In this document: positions 18,426-26,989 of the stretch, piece after piece
Layout: each line of letters opens with the position of its first letter
Position numbering within the stretch: position 1 is the stretch's first letter
Origin: Candidatus Krumholzibacteriota bacterium
GTDB taxonomy: Bacteria > Krumholzibacteriota > Krumholzibacteriia > JAJRXK01
Direction: 5' to 3'
Assembly (NCBI GenBank): GCA_963764625.1
Contig: CAVXTH010000009.1
Coordinates: 199,739-263,738 of the forward strand
Length of the DNA stretch: 64,000 bases
Translations under genes and position numbers: made by a program
The notes under the pieces: model-generated
Database searches by the model: none
What the model was told of the DNA's origin: nothing
Seen by the model: only the letters and a program-made list of their open reading frames with translations

Positions 18426-19808
18426 ATGAAAGCAGTTCTTGCCCTGATCGCATTTCTCTTTCTGTCGCAGGGCACGGCTGCGGCCAAAGAGCCAAATCAC
18501 AAACTCGAGGAGAAACTCCGGGAGTACCTGGAGGCTCTCGAGGCGAACGAAGACTTCATGGGCGAAGTCATGTTTTGCGATGAAGGGGGTCAGGTCACGG
18601 ACGTGGTCGTCGGGATGGCGGATATCGAAAGCGCGCGTCCCCATGAACCCGGGGATGTCTATCATGTCGCGTCGCTGACCAAACAGTTCACCGGAGCGGC
18701 GATTGCAAAGCTCGCTTCTGAAGGGAAGCTGGCGCTGGAAGACCCTCTGCAAGAGTTCATTCCCGGTTTTCCCCATGCCGATGAAATAACCATTCGCGCT
18801 CTCGTGAACCAGGATGCCGGCGTTCCCGACTACAATGACTTCGACGACTACGCTCAGCGGATCCACCAGACCCTGTCATTGGAAGAGGTGATCGAGTGGA
18901 TCGAAAGCAAAGCGGGTGATTTCGAGGCGAACAATGGATACGGATACTCCAACTCCCAATTCGCTCTGTTGGCAAGGGTGATCGAGATCGCCAGTGGTAC
19001 GCCTTACCGGGAGTACATGAAGAAGAACATCTTCGAACCGGCGGGGATGGACGACAGCGGCAACTTCACCCACGCGCAGGTCGTGATGCGCCGGGTTGCC
19101 GGTTATGATCCCGGCCCCGGAAGGAGTTTGATCAATGCTCAAGTGGTCAATAACTCGATCAAGTTGGGTTCGGGATCGCTCTACACCACCGCTCGAGATC
19201 TGTTGCGGTGGCATCAGGCGCTTCTCCATGACACGGTGCTCACCGAAGAGGCCCAGAAGGTCTACCTGCAACCCTCAGAGTTCGGTTACGCGATGGGGGT
19301 AGCCATCTGGCAGGACAAAAGCTCGGGTGAACACTTCGCCGCCCACGATGGCAAGTCCCCGGGAGGCTTTGCCTACATGAAGCGCTGGCTGGACTCCAAG
19401 CAGGTGCTGATCGTGCTCTCGAACGTCAACAGTGGACAGATGAATCGGATGAAGGGAGACCTCACGAGGTTGGTGAGTGGCGAGCCGGTCGAACTGCCGA
19501 AGTTGCGGAAAGTGCGGAGGCTGAAGGAAGGCGAGGCCGAGCCACTGCTGGGGCAGTATCTCTTTCCCCCCGACAACAAAATTCGGATTGCAGACCTGAA
19601 TGGCGGTCTTGTTCTCTATTGGCGCGACACCGGGCTCGCCCAGTACTTGGTGCCTCTGGCGGACAGTGAGTGGTACTTCATGCCTAGCCGGGCCGAGAGA
19701 GTTCGCTTTACGAGGAATCCCGAGGGGCAAGTGGTCGCTCTAGAATATGATTGGGGGCATGGTATTCAAGAATGTCTACGCGTCGCACTTTCGCCTGAGG
19801 GAGGATGA
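18426..19808 (+). CDS. Beta-lactamase family serine hydrolase (class C beta-lactamase/PBP/esterase-like), secreted
   Basis: ORF 18321..19808 trimmed to ATG 18426 (GGAG 6 nt upstream); signal peptide; S-x-x-K motif in VYHVASLTKQF. Confidence 0.85.
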   Translation: MKAVLALIAFLFLSQGTAAAKEPNHKLEEKLREYLEALEANEDFMGEVMFCDEGGQVTDVVVGMADIESARPHEPGDVYHVASLTKQFTGAAIAKLASEGKLALEDPLQEFIPGFPHADEITIRALVNQDAGVPDYNDFDDYAQRIHQTLSLEEVIEWIESKAGDFEANNGYGYSNSQFALLARVIEIASGTPYREYMKKNIFEPAGMDDSGNFTHAQVVMRRVAGYDPGPGRSLINAQVVNNSIKLGSGSLYTTARDLLRWHQALLHDTVLTEEAQKVYLQPSEFGYAMGVAIWQDKSSGEHFAAHDGKSPGGFAYMKRWLDSKQVLIVLSNVNSGQMNRMKGDLTRLVSGEPVELPKLRKVRRLKEGEAEPLLGQYLFPPDNKIRIADLNGGLVLYWRDTGLAQYLVPLADSEWYFMPSRAERVRFTRNPEGQVVALEYDWGHGIQECLRVALSPEGG

Positions 19809-19935
19809 TTCCCCGTCCTTTCGACCGCTTTGGTATGAAATTCGCAGACGGTGCAGTCGGTTGGGTGAGGCCCGGTGCCTTCGAGGGGCCTGCCCAGGCA
19901 TCCTGGCCGTCTCTTGTCTCTCGACGGGAACTTCG

Positions 19936-20658
19936 ATGAATCACACCATGCGCAGGGCTTTGATCTTCCTCGGCGCTTTGAGCTCTTGGGCGCTCGTGGC
20001 CGCGGCCGCGCAATCCAAGGGTGCGTTCCCCAATCCCGTCCAGATCGCCCCGAAGATCGGAAAGGTCTGGAACGAGAGCCTGGACACCACCCGCACACTG
20101 CAGTGGACCGAGAAAGCAGTTCTGACTCTCGAGAAACTCGATCGGGTGACGGAACTCTCGACCAACCGGATCGTCGCAAGCGGGAAGGTCTCCCGGACGA
20201 TCGAGGAGAGCGAGGTTCATGGCCGGCACCGGACCGGCATGAAACGACGCATCCGTGACAACATCGCTCTGCTTTCCCGGGATGCTATCGCGACGGCAAG
20301 CCAGTTCATTGCCAACTACGCGTTTCCTTCGGAATCTCAGATGCGGGATTGCGTCGCTCGCAGTGCGATCGTCATCAGTGACGTTCCGGGGCTCCAGGGC
20401 GATTGGGAACTCACCACCAGAAACGCCTTCAGGGACGACGACATCTTGACGCAGTGGATCCAGCCAGAATCCGGCCGTGTGCTCAAGATGCGCTACCAAT
20501 CGTGGATCGATGACGAGCCGGTCAAGGCGGAGACCCTCTACCAGGTTTTGCCCGACGGCAGCGACGTTCCGCGGATGACCATTATGAACTACGTAGAGAG
20601 CGACATGACCATTCGGATCGAGTATTCGAACTACGCCAAACAGAAGGCCCCGAACTGA
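19936..20658 (+). CDS. Hypothetical exported protein
   Basis: ORF 19747..20658 trimmed to ATG 19936 giving signal peptide MNHTMRRALIFLGALSSWALVAAAAQS; no family recognised. Confidence 0.5.
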   Translation: MNHTMRRALIFLGALSSWALVAAAAQSKGAFPNPVQIAPKIGKVWNESLDTTRTLQWTEKAVLTLEKLDRVTELSTNRIVASGKVSRTIEESEVHGRHRTGMKRRIRDNIALLSRDAIATASQFIANYAFPSESQMRDCVARSAIVISDVPGLQGDWELTTRNAFRDDDILTQWIQPESGRVLKMRYQSWIDDEPVKAETLYQVLPDGSDVPRMTIMNYVESDMTIRIEYSNYAKQKAPN

Positions 20659-20659
20659 A

Positions 20660-21820
20660 CTAGGAACTCGCTGCCTCGCGCATGATGTTCCGGGCGATCA
20701 CCAATCGCTGAATCTGATTCGTACCCTCGTAGATCTGTGTGATCTTCGCATCACGCATGTACTTCTCGATCGGATAGTCTTTGCAGTAGCCATAGCCGCC
20801 GAAGAGCTGGACGCAGTCGGTGGTCACCTTCATGGCCACGTCGGTCGCCATCAGCTTGCACATGGCGGAGAGTTTCGTGATCTTCCGGCTTCCCGCGTCG
20901 ATCGCGCGGGCCGCAGTGTGCACCAGGGTGCGCGCGGCCTCGATCTGGGTCGCCATGTCCGCGAGCATGAACTGAATTCCCTGGAAGGAATTCACGGACT
21001 GTCCGAATTGCTTGCGCTCTGAGGTATAGGTGACAGCGAGATCGAGAGCGCCCTGGGCTAAGCCCACTGCCTGAGCGGCCACGCCTGGGCGTGCGCGGTC
21101 GAGGGTAATCATGGCCTGTTTGAAACCCTGTCCTTCGACTCCGCCCAGGAGATTCGCGGCAGGAACTTCGACGTCCTTGAAGTGGATCTCGACCACCGGT
21201 ACGCAGCGAATTCCCATCTTGTCCTCGATCTTTCCGACCTCGTACCCGGCCATACCCTTTTCGACGACGAGAGCGGAGATGCCCCGCGCTCCCCGATCGG
21301 GATTCGTGACCGCGAATACCGTGTTCAGCGATGCCACCGAGCCGCCGGTGTTCCACTTCTTCTCTCCGTTGAGTACGTAGCTCTCCCCCTTCTTCTCCGC
21401 GCGGGTGGTCATACTTCCCGCGTCCGATCCCGAGGCCTTTTCGGAGAGTCCGAAGGAGATCAACTTCTCACCGGAGGCGATCTCGGGGAGCCAGCGCTTT
21501 CTTTGCTCCTCGGTGCCGCTGAGAAGAATGGGGAACGAGCCCAACGCGTTCACCGCATAGCCGACGCCCATCCCGCCGCAGGCGCGCGAGAACTCTTCGA
21601 CCACCAGACACAGATCGAGCACGCCACCGCCGAGACCCCCGTATTCCTTAGGGATCCACACTCCCGAGAGTCCCGCGGCGCGGATGGCTTTTTGCACTTC
21701 CCAGGGGTAGCTCTGCTCGACGTCGTACTTGGCCGCCACCGGGCGCATGACTTCCTCGGCCAGGCCGCGGGCTTGCTCCCTAAGTTCGATCTGACTGGGG
21801 GTATAGAGCTCGTCGATCAT
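20660..21820 (-). CDS. Acyl-CoA dehydrogenase
   Basis: 386 aa; full-length ACAD-like sequence including C-terminal QLFGGYGY and YEGTNQIQRLVIAR. Confidence 0.9.
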   Translation of the reverse strand: MIDELYTPSQIELREQARGLAEEVMRPVAAKYDVEQSYPWEVQKAIRAAGLSGVWIPKEYGGLGGGVLDLCLVVEEFSRACGGMGVGYAVNALGSFPILLSGTEEQRKRWLPEIASGEKLISFGLSEKASGSDAGSMTTRAEKKGESYVLNGEKKWNTGGSVASLNTVFAVTNPDRGARGISALVVEKGMAGYEVGKIEDKMGIRCVPVVEIHFKDVEVPAANLLGGVEGQGFKQAMITLDRARPGVAAQAVGLAQGALDLAVTYTSERKQFGQSVNSFQGIQFMLADMATQIEAARTLVHTAARAIDAGSRKITKLSAMCKLMATDVAMKVTTDCVQLFGGYGYCKDYPIEKYMRDAKITQIYEGTNQIQRLVIARNIMREAASS

Positions 21821-22069
21821 GCCGTCCTCGCTTCTCAGAATTCGTAGATTGAGCGTTCATTCGGAACTTAGGGGCCATTCTGGCAGATGGAAGCAGAGAT
21901 GCAAAGTAGAAGATCAAAAGCCCCGGTTCTCGCCCGCGCAGGGCAGGATCCCCCCCATGACGGTGGAGACTCCAACCGGGTCCCTCCGGGTCGAGGATCA
22001 ATCCCCCGCTTGTAGGCGAGTGAAGCCGCACCTATGCTCGCTTTCTCAACCCGCGAGGAGGGAATCGTC

Positions 22070-22903
22070 ATGAACATCCGATCTTCGCTCAAAGCCGGCT
22101 TCCTGTCGGCAATCTTACTCTTCGCTTCCGTTGCCTGCCGACAGAAGGCTGACGCTCCGCGCAACGCGGGCCCATCGCGCGTGGATCGAAATGGACAAGA
22201 GGTCGTATTCTCCGCCGCCGACAGCGTGAAACTCTTCGCCGACGTCCACTGGTTGCGCGAGGACCACCAAGGTCCCCTCATTCTTCTGTTCCACCAGGCG
22301 GGGGCGAGCGCGCGCGGCGAATACGCACCCATCATCCCGCGTCTGCTCGAGCACGGGTTCAGCGTGCTGGCTCTGGACCAGCGAAGCGGGGGCACTCGTT
22401 TCGACGGGGTGAACCGGACGGTGCAGGCGCTGCCTGAAGGCGAGAGCTTCAGCTACTGTGACGCGTATCCCGATTTGGAAGCCGCGCTTCGCTACGTGAT
22501 CGAGCAGGGGAATGAGGGACCCAGGATCGCCTGGGGCAGCAGCTACAGCGCCGCCCTGGTGATTCGTCTGGCCGCCGAACACCTGGAGGATCTTGCCGGA
22601 GTTCTCGCGTTCTCGCCCGCATCGGGTCCGGCCATGGGCGAGTGCTCTCCCGAGCTCTACGCGCAAGAGGTCAAGACCAGAGTACTCGTTCTACGTCCAC
22701 AACCCGAAATGGAGAGCGCGCCGGCGGTGCAGCAGCTCGACTCGTTCAAGACCCTCGGCTTTCAAACCTACGTCGCCGCGCACGGAGTCCACGGCTCCTC
22801 CATGCTGGTGTCGAGCCGGGTGGAGGGGAATGTGGAAGACAACTGGAAAGCGGTGGAGGATTTTCTCGACGGAGTGGTCAAGGAGCACGCGCCCCTAAAA
22901 TGA
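22070..22903 (+). CDS. Alpha/beta hydrolase family lipoprotein
   Basis: ATG 22070 after GGAGGG; lipobox LLFASVAC; nucleophile elbow WGSSYSAA. Confidence 0.7.
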   Translation: MNIRSSLKAGFLSAILLFASVACRQKADAPRNAGPSRVDRNGQEVVFSAADSVKLFADVHWLREDHQGPLILLFHQAGASARGEYAPIIPRLLEHGFSVLALDQRSGGTRFDGVNRTVQALPEGESFSYCDAYPDLEAALRYVIEQGNEGPRIAWGSSYSAALVIRLAAEHLEDLAGVLAFSPASGPAMGECSPELYAQEVKTRVLVLRPQPEMESAPAVQQLDSFKTLGFQTYVAAHGVHGSSMLVSSRVEGNVEDNWKAVEDFLDGVVKEHAPLK

Positions 22904-24987
22904 GCGCCACGGTCCCTTCGAACGGCATCTTTACCACCGCGTGTCCGCGAAACTGCTACAGCACCTGCAGTCTGAGAGTGGAAGTGGAAGACGGCCGCCT
23001 GCGTCGTATTGAAGGACATCCGCTCAATCGGGCCACGACAGAGGGCCCGTGCCTGAAGGGCCTCGCCTACCTCGAACGCGTCTCCTCGCCGGAGAGAATT
23101 CTGCATCCCCTCCGGCGAAAACCGGGGACGAGGGAGTTCGAGCCGATCGATTGGGAGGGCGCACTCGAGCTTCTCAGCGAGAAGCTGGAGCGCGCGCGTG
23201 ATCGCTTCGGACCCCAGAGCATCCTCTATTACTCGGCGAGCGGTACCAAGGGGCTGATGAACGGCGTCGGGATGTCCTTCTGGCGGCTGTTCGGCGGATG
23301 TACCACGACCTACGGCGATCTGTGCTGGCCAGCGGGACTCGAGGCCACGCGCCTGACCCTGGGGGAGAATAAACACAACGCGCCCTGGGACATCGAGAAC
23401 GCCCGACTGATCGTCATGTGGGGAAAGAACGCGGCCGAGACCAACATTCATCAGACGGTCTTCGTGAACCGCGCGCTGCAGAAAGGCGCCAAACTGGTCG
23501 TCATCGACCCTCGCCGCACCGAGACGGCCGAGCGCGCCGATCTGCTCATTCAGCCGCGTCCGGGAACGGACGGAGCTCTTGCCCTCGCGGTGGCCCATCG
23601 GCTCGTGCAGGAGGATTGGCTGGATCGAAAATTTCTCGCGCGGCACGTGAAGGGATTTTCCGAGTTCACGGCGAAGCTCACGAACGCGACGCCGGAGTGG
23701 GCGGCTAGGATCTGCCGGATCCCGAAGGAGCAGATCGAAGAGCTCGCGCACCTCATTGGCACCAACGAGCCGGTCACCATCAATGCGGGCTTTGGCATGC
23801 AGCGTTACGCGAACAGCGGGCAGACCATGCGCGCCCTCATCGCGCTCTTGGCCCTCACCGGAAACATCGGCAAGCAAGGGGCGGGTTGGATTTTCGCGGA
23901 CCTGCAGAGCCACATCTTCGACGAGGTGAAGGATCCCATCGCGTTCTATCCGCCCGAGCATCCCGACGGAGTCGTGCGGGTGGGAATCTCCACCGCGCGA
24001 CTGGGCGAGGATATCTTGGCCTGCAGCGACCCACCGCTGAAAATCGCGTGGGTGGAGCGGGGGAATCCGGTGACCCAGAATCCGGACACCAATACGGTGC
24101 TCAAGGCCTTCCGCTCCCTGGAGTTCAGAGTGGTGGTCGAACAGTTCATGACCGACACCGCGCGTGAAGCCGACCTGATTCTCCCCGCGAAATCGATGTT
24201 CGAGCAGAGCGACGTGATCAACGCCTACTGGCATCCCTACATCCAACTCAAACAGAAAGTGCTCGAACCTCCCGGAGAGGTGAAACCCGAATCGGAGATC
24301 TACTGGCACCTCGCCCGTCGTCTGGGAATTCCCTCGTCACAACTCGAGGGTCTCATACCCGCACCCTCAGACGAATCGGTCACCGCCTATCTCCGCGCGC
24401 GCCTGGCGAAGTTTCCCTCGCTCTCACTCGAGGCTCTGGCGGAGGGACCGCAGCTCGCACCTGGGCACCAGGAAATCGCCTTCTCGGACGGCGTGTTCGC
24501 AACCCCTTCGGGTAAAGTCGAACTGCTCGCTGAGGAAGCCTCTCGCCGCTGGGGAGCGGAGGTCCTGCCCAGCTACGAAGAACCGGTGGAGTCGATCGAG
24601 AGACAAGAGAAAGGTGACGAGAGTCATCCCCTCTACTTCATGACCCCCAACACCAAGAACCGGATCCACTCGCAGTTCAACAACCTGGAGATCATCCGGC
24701 AATTCAGCCCCCGCCCCTTCCTGCACATGCATCCTGGGGACGCTCAAAGGAGAGGGATCGAAGCGGGCGCCCGCGTCAGGGTTTTCAACCGGCGGGGAAG
24801 TCTAAAGATCGAGGTTCGTCTCGACCCCGCGCTCAAGCCGGGATGCGTCTGCATGACCAACGGGTGGTGGATCAGCCAGGGGGGAACGGTCAACTTCCTC
24901 TCGCGGGGTCGCGAGACCGACATGGGACACGGGGCGGCCTTTCACGAGAACCGGGTCGAAGTGCAGCTCCTTTCGGCCGATAGGTAG
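22900..24987 (+). CDS. Molybdopterin (bis-MGD) oxidoreductase catalytic subunit, no Tat signal
   Basis: ATG 22900 overlaps upstream stop (ATGA); N-terminal FeS Cys cluster (TACPRNCYSTCS...GPCLKG); molybdopterin oxidoreductase body. Confidence 0.85.
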   Translation: MSATVPSNGIFTTACPRNCYSTCSLRVEVEDGRLRRIEGHPLNRATTEGPCLKGLAYLERVSSPERILHPLRRKPGTREFEPIDWEGALELLSEKLERARDRFGPQSILYYSASGTKGLMNGVGMSFWRLFGGCTTTYGDLCWPAGLEATRLTLGENKHNAPWDIENARLIVMWGKNAAETNIHQTVFVNRALQKGAKLVVIDPRRTETAERADLLIQPRPGTDGALALAVAHRLVQEDWLDRKFLARHVKGFSEFTAKLTNATPEWAARICRIPKEQIEELAHLIGTNEPVTINAGFGMQRYANSGQTMRALIALLALTGNIGKQGAGWIFADLQSHIFDEVKDPIAFYPPEHPDGVVRVGISTARLGEDILACSDPPLKIAWVERGNPVTQNPDTNTVLKAFRSLEFRVVVEQFMTDTAREADLILPAKSMFEQSDVINAYWHPYIQLKQKVLEPPGEVKPESEIYWHLARRLGIPSSQLEGLIPAPSDESVTAYLRARLAKFPSLSLEALAEGPQLAPGHQEIAFSDGVFATPSGKVELLAEEASRRWGAEVLPSYEEPVESIERQEKGDESHPLYFMTPNTKNRIHSQFNNLEIIRQFSPRPFLHMHPGDAQRRGIEAGARVRVFNRRGSLKIEVRLDPALKPGCVCMTNGWWISQGGTVNFLSRGRETDMGHGAAFHENRVEVQLLSADR

Positions 24988-24990
24988 AGC

Positions 24991-26487
24991 ATGCAGCGGT
25001 CCTTCCATCTGGATCTCAACCAGTGCACCGGCTGTGAAGCCTGCGTGGTCGCGTGCGCGATCGAAAACGAGCTTCCCTGGGGGACGAGTTGGCGGAGGGT
25101 GGAAACCCACAACGAGAATCATCTGCCCGGCATTCCCTTCTTTCACCTCTCCCTGGCGTGCAATCACTGCGCGGACGCCCCGTGCCAGAAGCACTGTCCC
25201 GCCCTGGCCTACTCGAAGGACGAATTCACCGGAGCGGTGGTCCTCGATCCGAATCTCTGCATGGGCTGCAAATACTGCACCTGGGCCTGTCCCTACGACG
25301 CCCCGGCCTACAACCCCTCGGTGGGAGTGGTTGAGAAGTGCACTTTCTGCAACGACCGCCAGAAGGAAGGACACTCTCCCGCTTGCGTGGCTCAGTGCCC
25401 GACCGGAGCGCTGCAGCTGGGCGAACTCGACGGGTCGGGCGAGTGGCGCGCTCTCGATACCCAAGCACGCGCTTCCCTCGGGCACGGCGGCGCGTCGCGC
25501 GATGGGGGACACGAATCCCCAGAAGAAGTGCCTTCCCCGCCGCAGGCGGCGGTGGAGGGGTTTCCCTCAACTTCCGCGCGACCCTCGATTCGCTTCACGC
25601 CTCTGCGCGCGAACCATCTCTTTCCCAAAGTGGCCTCGGAGGCGAGCTGGTGGGGTCCGGGTCCGGCCCCGATGCGCGCGTCCGCGCGGATCAGCTTGCG
25701 GCGGGAATGGCCCCTGGCCGTCTTCACTCTTCTCACCGCGTTTCTGGTGGGATGGATGGCGGCAAGAGTCGCCGGACCCCGACTCGGCGGGTTGGGCATG
25801 CGGGGACCCGGGTTCGACGCCCGGCTTGCTCCGTTGTTCTTTTTGGGGCTGAGCCTGGCTGGAATGGGCTTGAGCACCCTGCACCTGGGTCGCAAGAGCC
25901 GCGCGTATCGCAGCATTCTCAACCTTCGCCATAGCTGGTTGAGCCGGGAAATCTTCTTCTACTCCGCCTTCGTGGGGCTGGCGGGCATCTCGTGGTTGCA
26001 CTCTCCGCTCAATGCAGCCGCGCAATGGGCCGCGCCAATCACGGGCTTTGCGGCACTTTTTTCCATGGACAGCGTCTACCTCGTCACCGGGACGCAGGGG
26101 CTGCGGCGCCACAGCGCGCAGGTCTTTCTCACCGGACTTCTGGTGTTCTCGTTGATGAGTTCTTCGGTGGTTCTGGTGGGGGGCTTCCTCTTGCTGAAGC
26201 TCCTGTTGTATCTTGCGCGCAAGATCGAGGGCCCAAGCCCATGGAGGGTCCGGCTCGGCTGGATCGGTCTCTTGCGTCTGGGTGGCGGGATCCTTCTCCC
26301 GGTGGCAGTTTGGTGGTGGAAGGCAGAGGATGTCGCCGGTTTGGTGCTGCTTCTGATCGCGCTCGGGGAAATTTTGGACCGCTGCGAATTCTACCGGGAG
26401 CTGCGGGTCACGACTCCACGCCGCCAGATAGAGACGGACTTACGGAAGGCGCTCGCGAATGTCCTCCCCGCGCCAGTGGTTCCCTAG
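24991..26487 (+). CDS. 4Fe-4S ferredoxin-type iron-sulfur subunit fused to a polytopic membrane-anchor domain (PsrBC/DmsBC-like fusion)
   Basis: Four Cys clusters (CTGCEACVVAC, CNHCADAPCQKHCP, CMGCKYCTWACP, CTFCN...CVAQCP) followed by about 8 hydrophobic helices. Confidence 0.8.
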   Translation: MQRSFHLDLNQCTGCEACVVACAIENELPWGTSWRRVETHNENHLPGIPFFHLSLACNHCADAPCQKHCPALAYSKDEFTGAVVLDPNLCMGCKYCTWACPYDAPAYNPSVGVVEKCTFCNDRQKEGHSPACVAQCPTGALQLGELDGSGEWRALDTQARASLGHGGASRDGGHESPEEVPSPPQAAVEGFPSTSARPSIRFTPLRANHLFPKVASEASWWGPGPAPMRASARISLRREWPLAVFTLLTAFLVGWMAARVAGPRLGGLGMRGPGFDARLAPLFFLGLSLAGMGLSTLHLGRKSRAYRSILNLRHSWLSREIFFYSAFVGLAGISWLHSPLNAAAQWAAPITGFAALFSMDSVYLVTGTQGLRRHSAQVFLTGLLVFSLMSSSVVLVGGFLLLKLLLYLARKIEGPSPWRVRLGWIGLLRLGGGILLPVAVWWWKAEDVAGLVLLLIALGEILDRCEFYRELRVTTPRRQIETDLRKALANVLPAPVVP

Positions 26488-26530
26488 ACTGTAACCGTGG
26501 GCGAATCGTCTGGGAAGGATGAGAGATCCC

Positions 26531-26989
26531 ATGAAATTTACGATGCAGGTGAACGGAGCGAAGCACACAGTGGACGTCCCCGCCGAGATGCCGTTGCTGT
26601 GGGTCTTGCGCGACGTGCTCGAGCTCACCGGAACCAGGTTCGGATGTGGTCAAGGGGACTGTGGCGCGTGCACGGTGCTGGTGGAGGGCCGGGCGCGGCG
26701 CTCCTGCATCACTTCGATCGACGAAGTCGCAAGCAAGAAGATCCTCACCATCGAGGGCTTGGCCGAAGAAACTCTCCATCCGCTGCAAGAGGCCTGGTTG
26801 GCCGAGCAGGTGTCCCAGTGCGGTGCCTGCCAATCCGGGATGATCCTCAGCGCTGTCGCTCTGCTCGAGGACGTTTCCGACCCCAGCGACGCGCAGATCG
26901 ACTCGAGACTGGGGGCGAATCTGTGTCGCTGTGGGACCTATCAACGCGTGCGCAGGGCGATTCACCGCGCCGCCGGGGTGAAGCGATGA
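26531..26989 (+). CDS. (2Fe-2S)-binding small subunit of a xanthine dehydrogenase-family molybdoenzyme (IorA/CoxS-like)
   Basis: Two 2Fe-2S motifs (CGQGDCGACTV and CGACQSGM...CRCGTY); start ATG 26531 chosen (ATG 26519 also possible). Confidence 0.85.
   Translation: MKFTMQVNGAKHTVDVPAEMPLLWVLRDVLELTGTRFGCGQGDCGACTVLVEGRARRSCITSIDEVASKKILTIEGLAEETLHPLQEAWLAEQVSQCGACQSGMILSAVALLEDVSDPSDAQIDSRLGANLCRCGTYQRVRRAIHRAAGVKR

Noticed and set aside
19867-19891. Possible hairpin downstream of the beta-lactamase-family gene
   Set aside because: 6-bp imperfect stem without a clear U-tract; could equally be part of the downstream gene promoter region.
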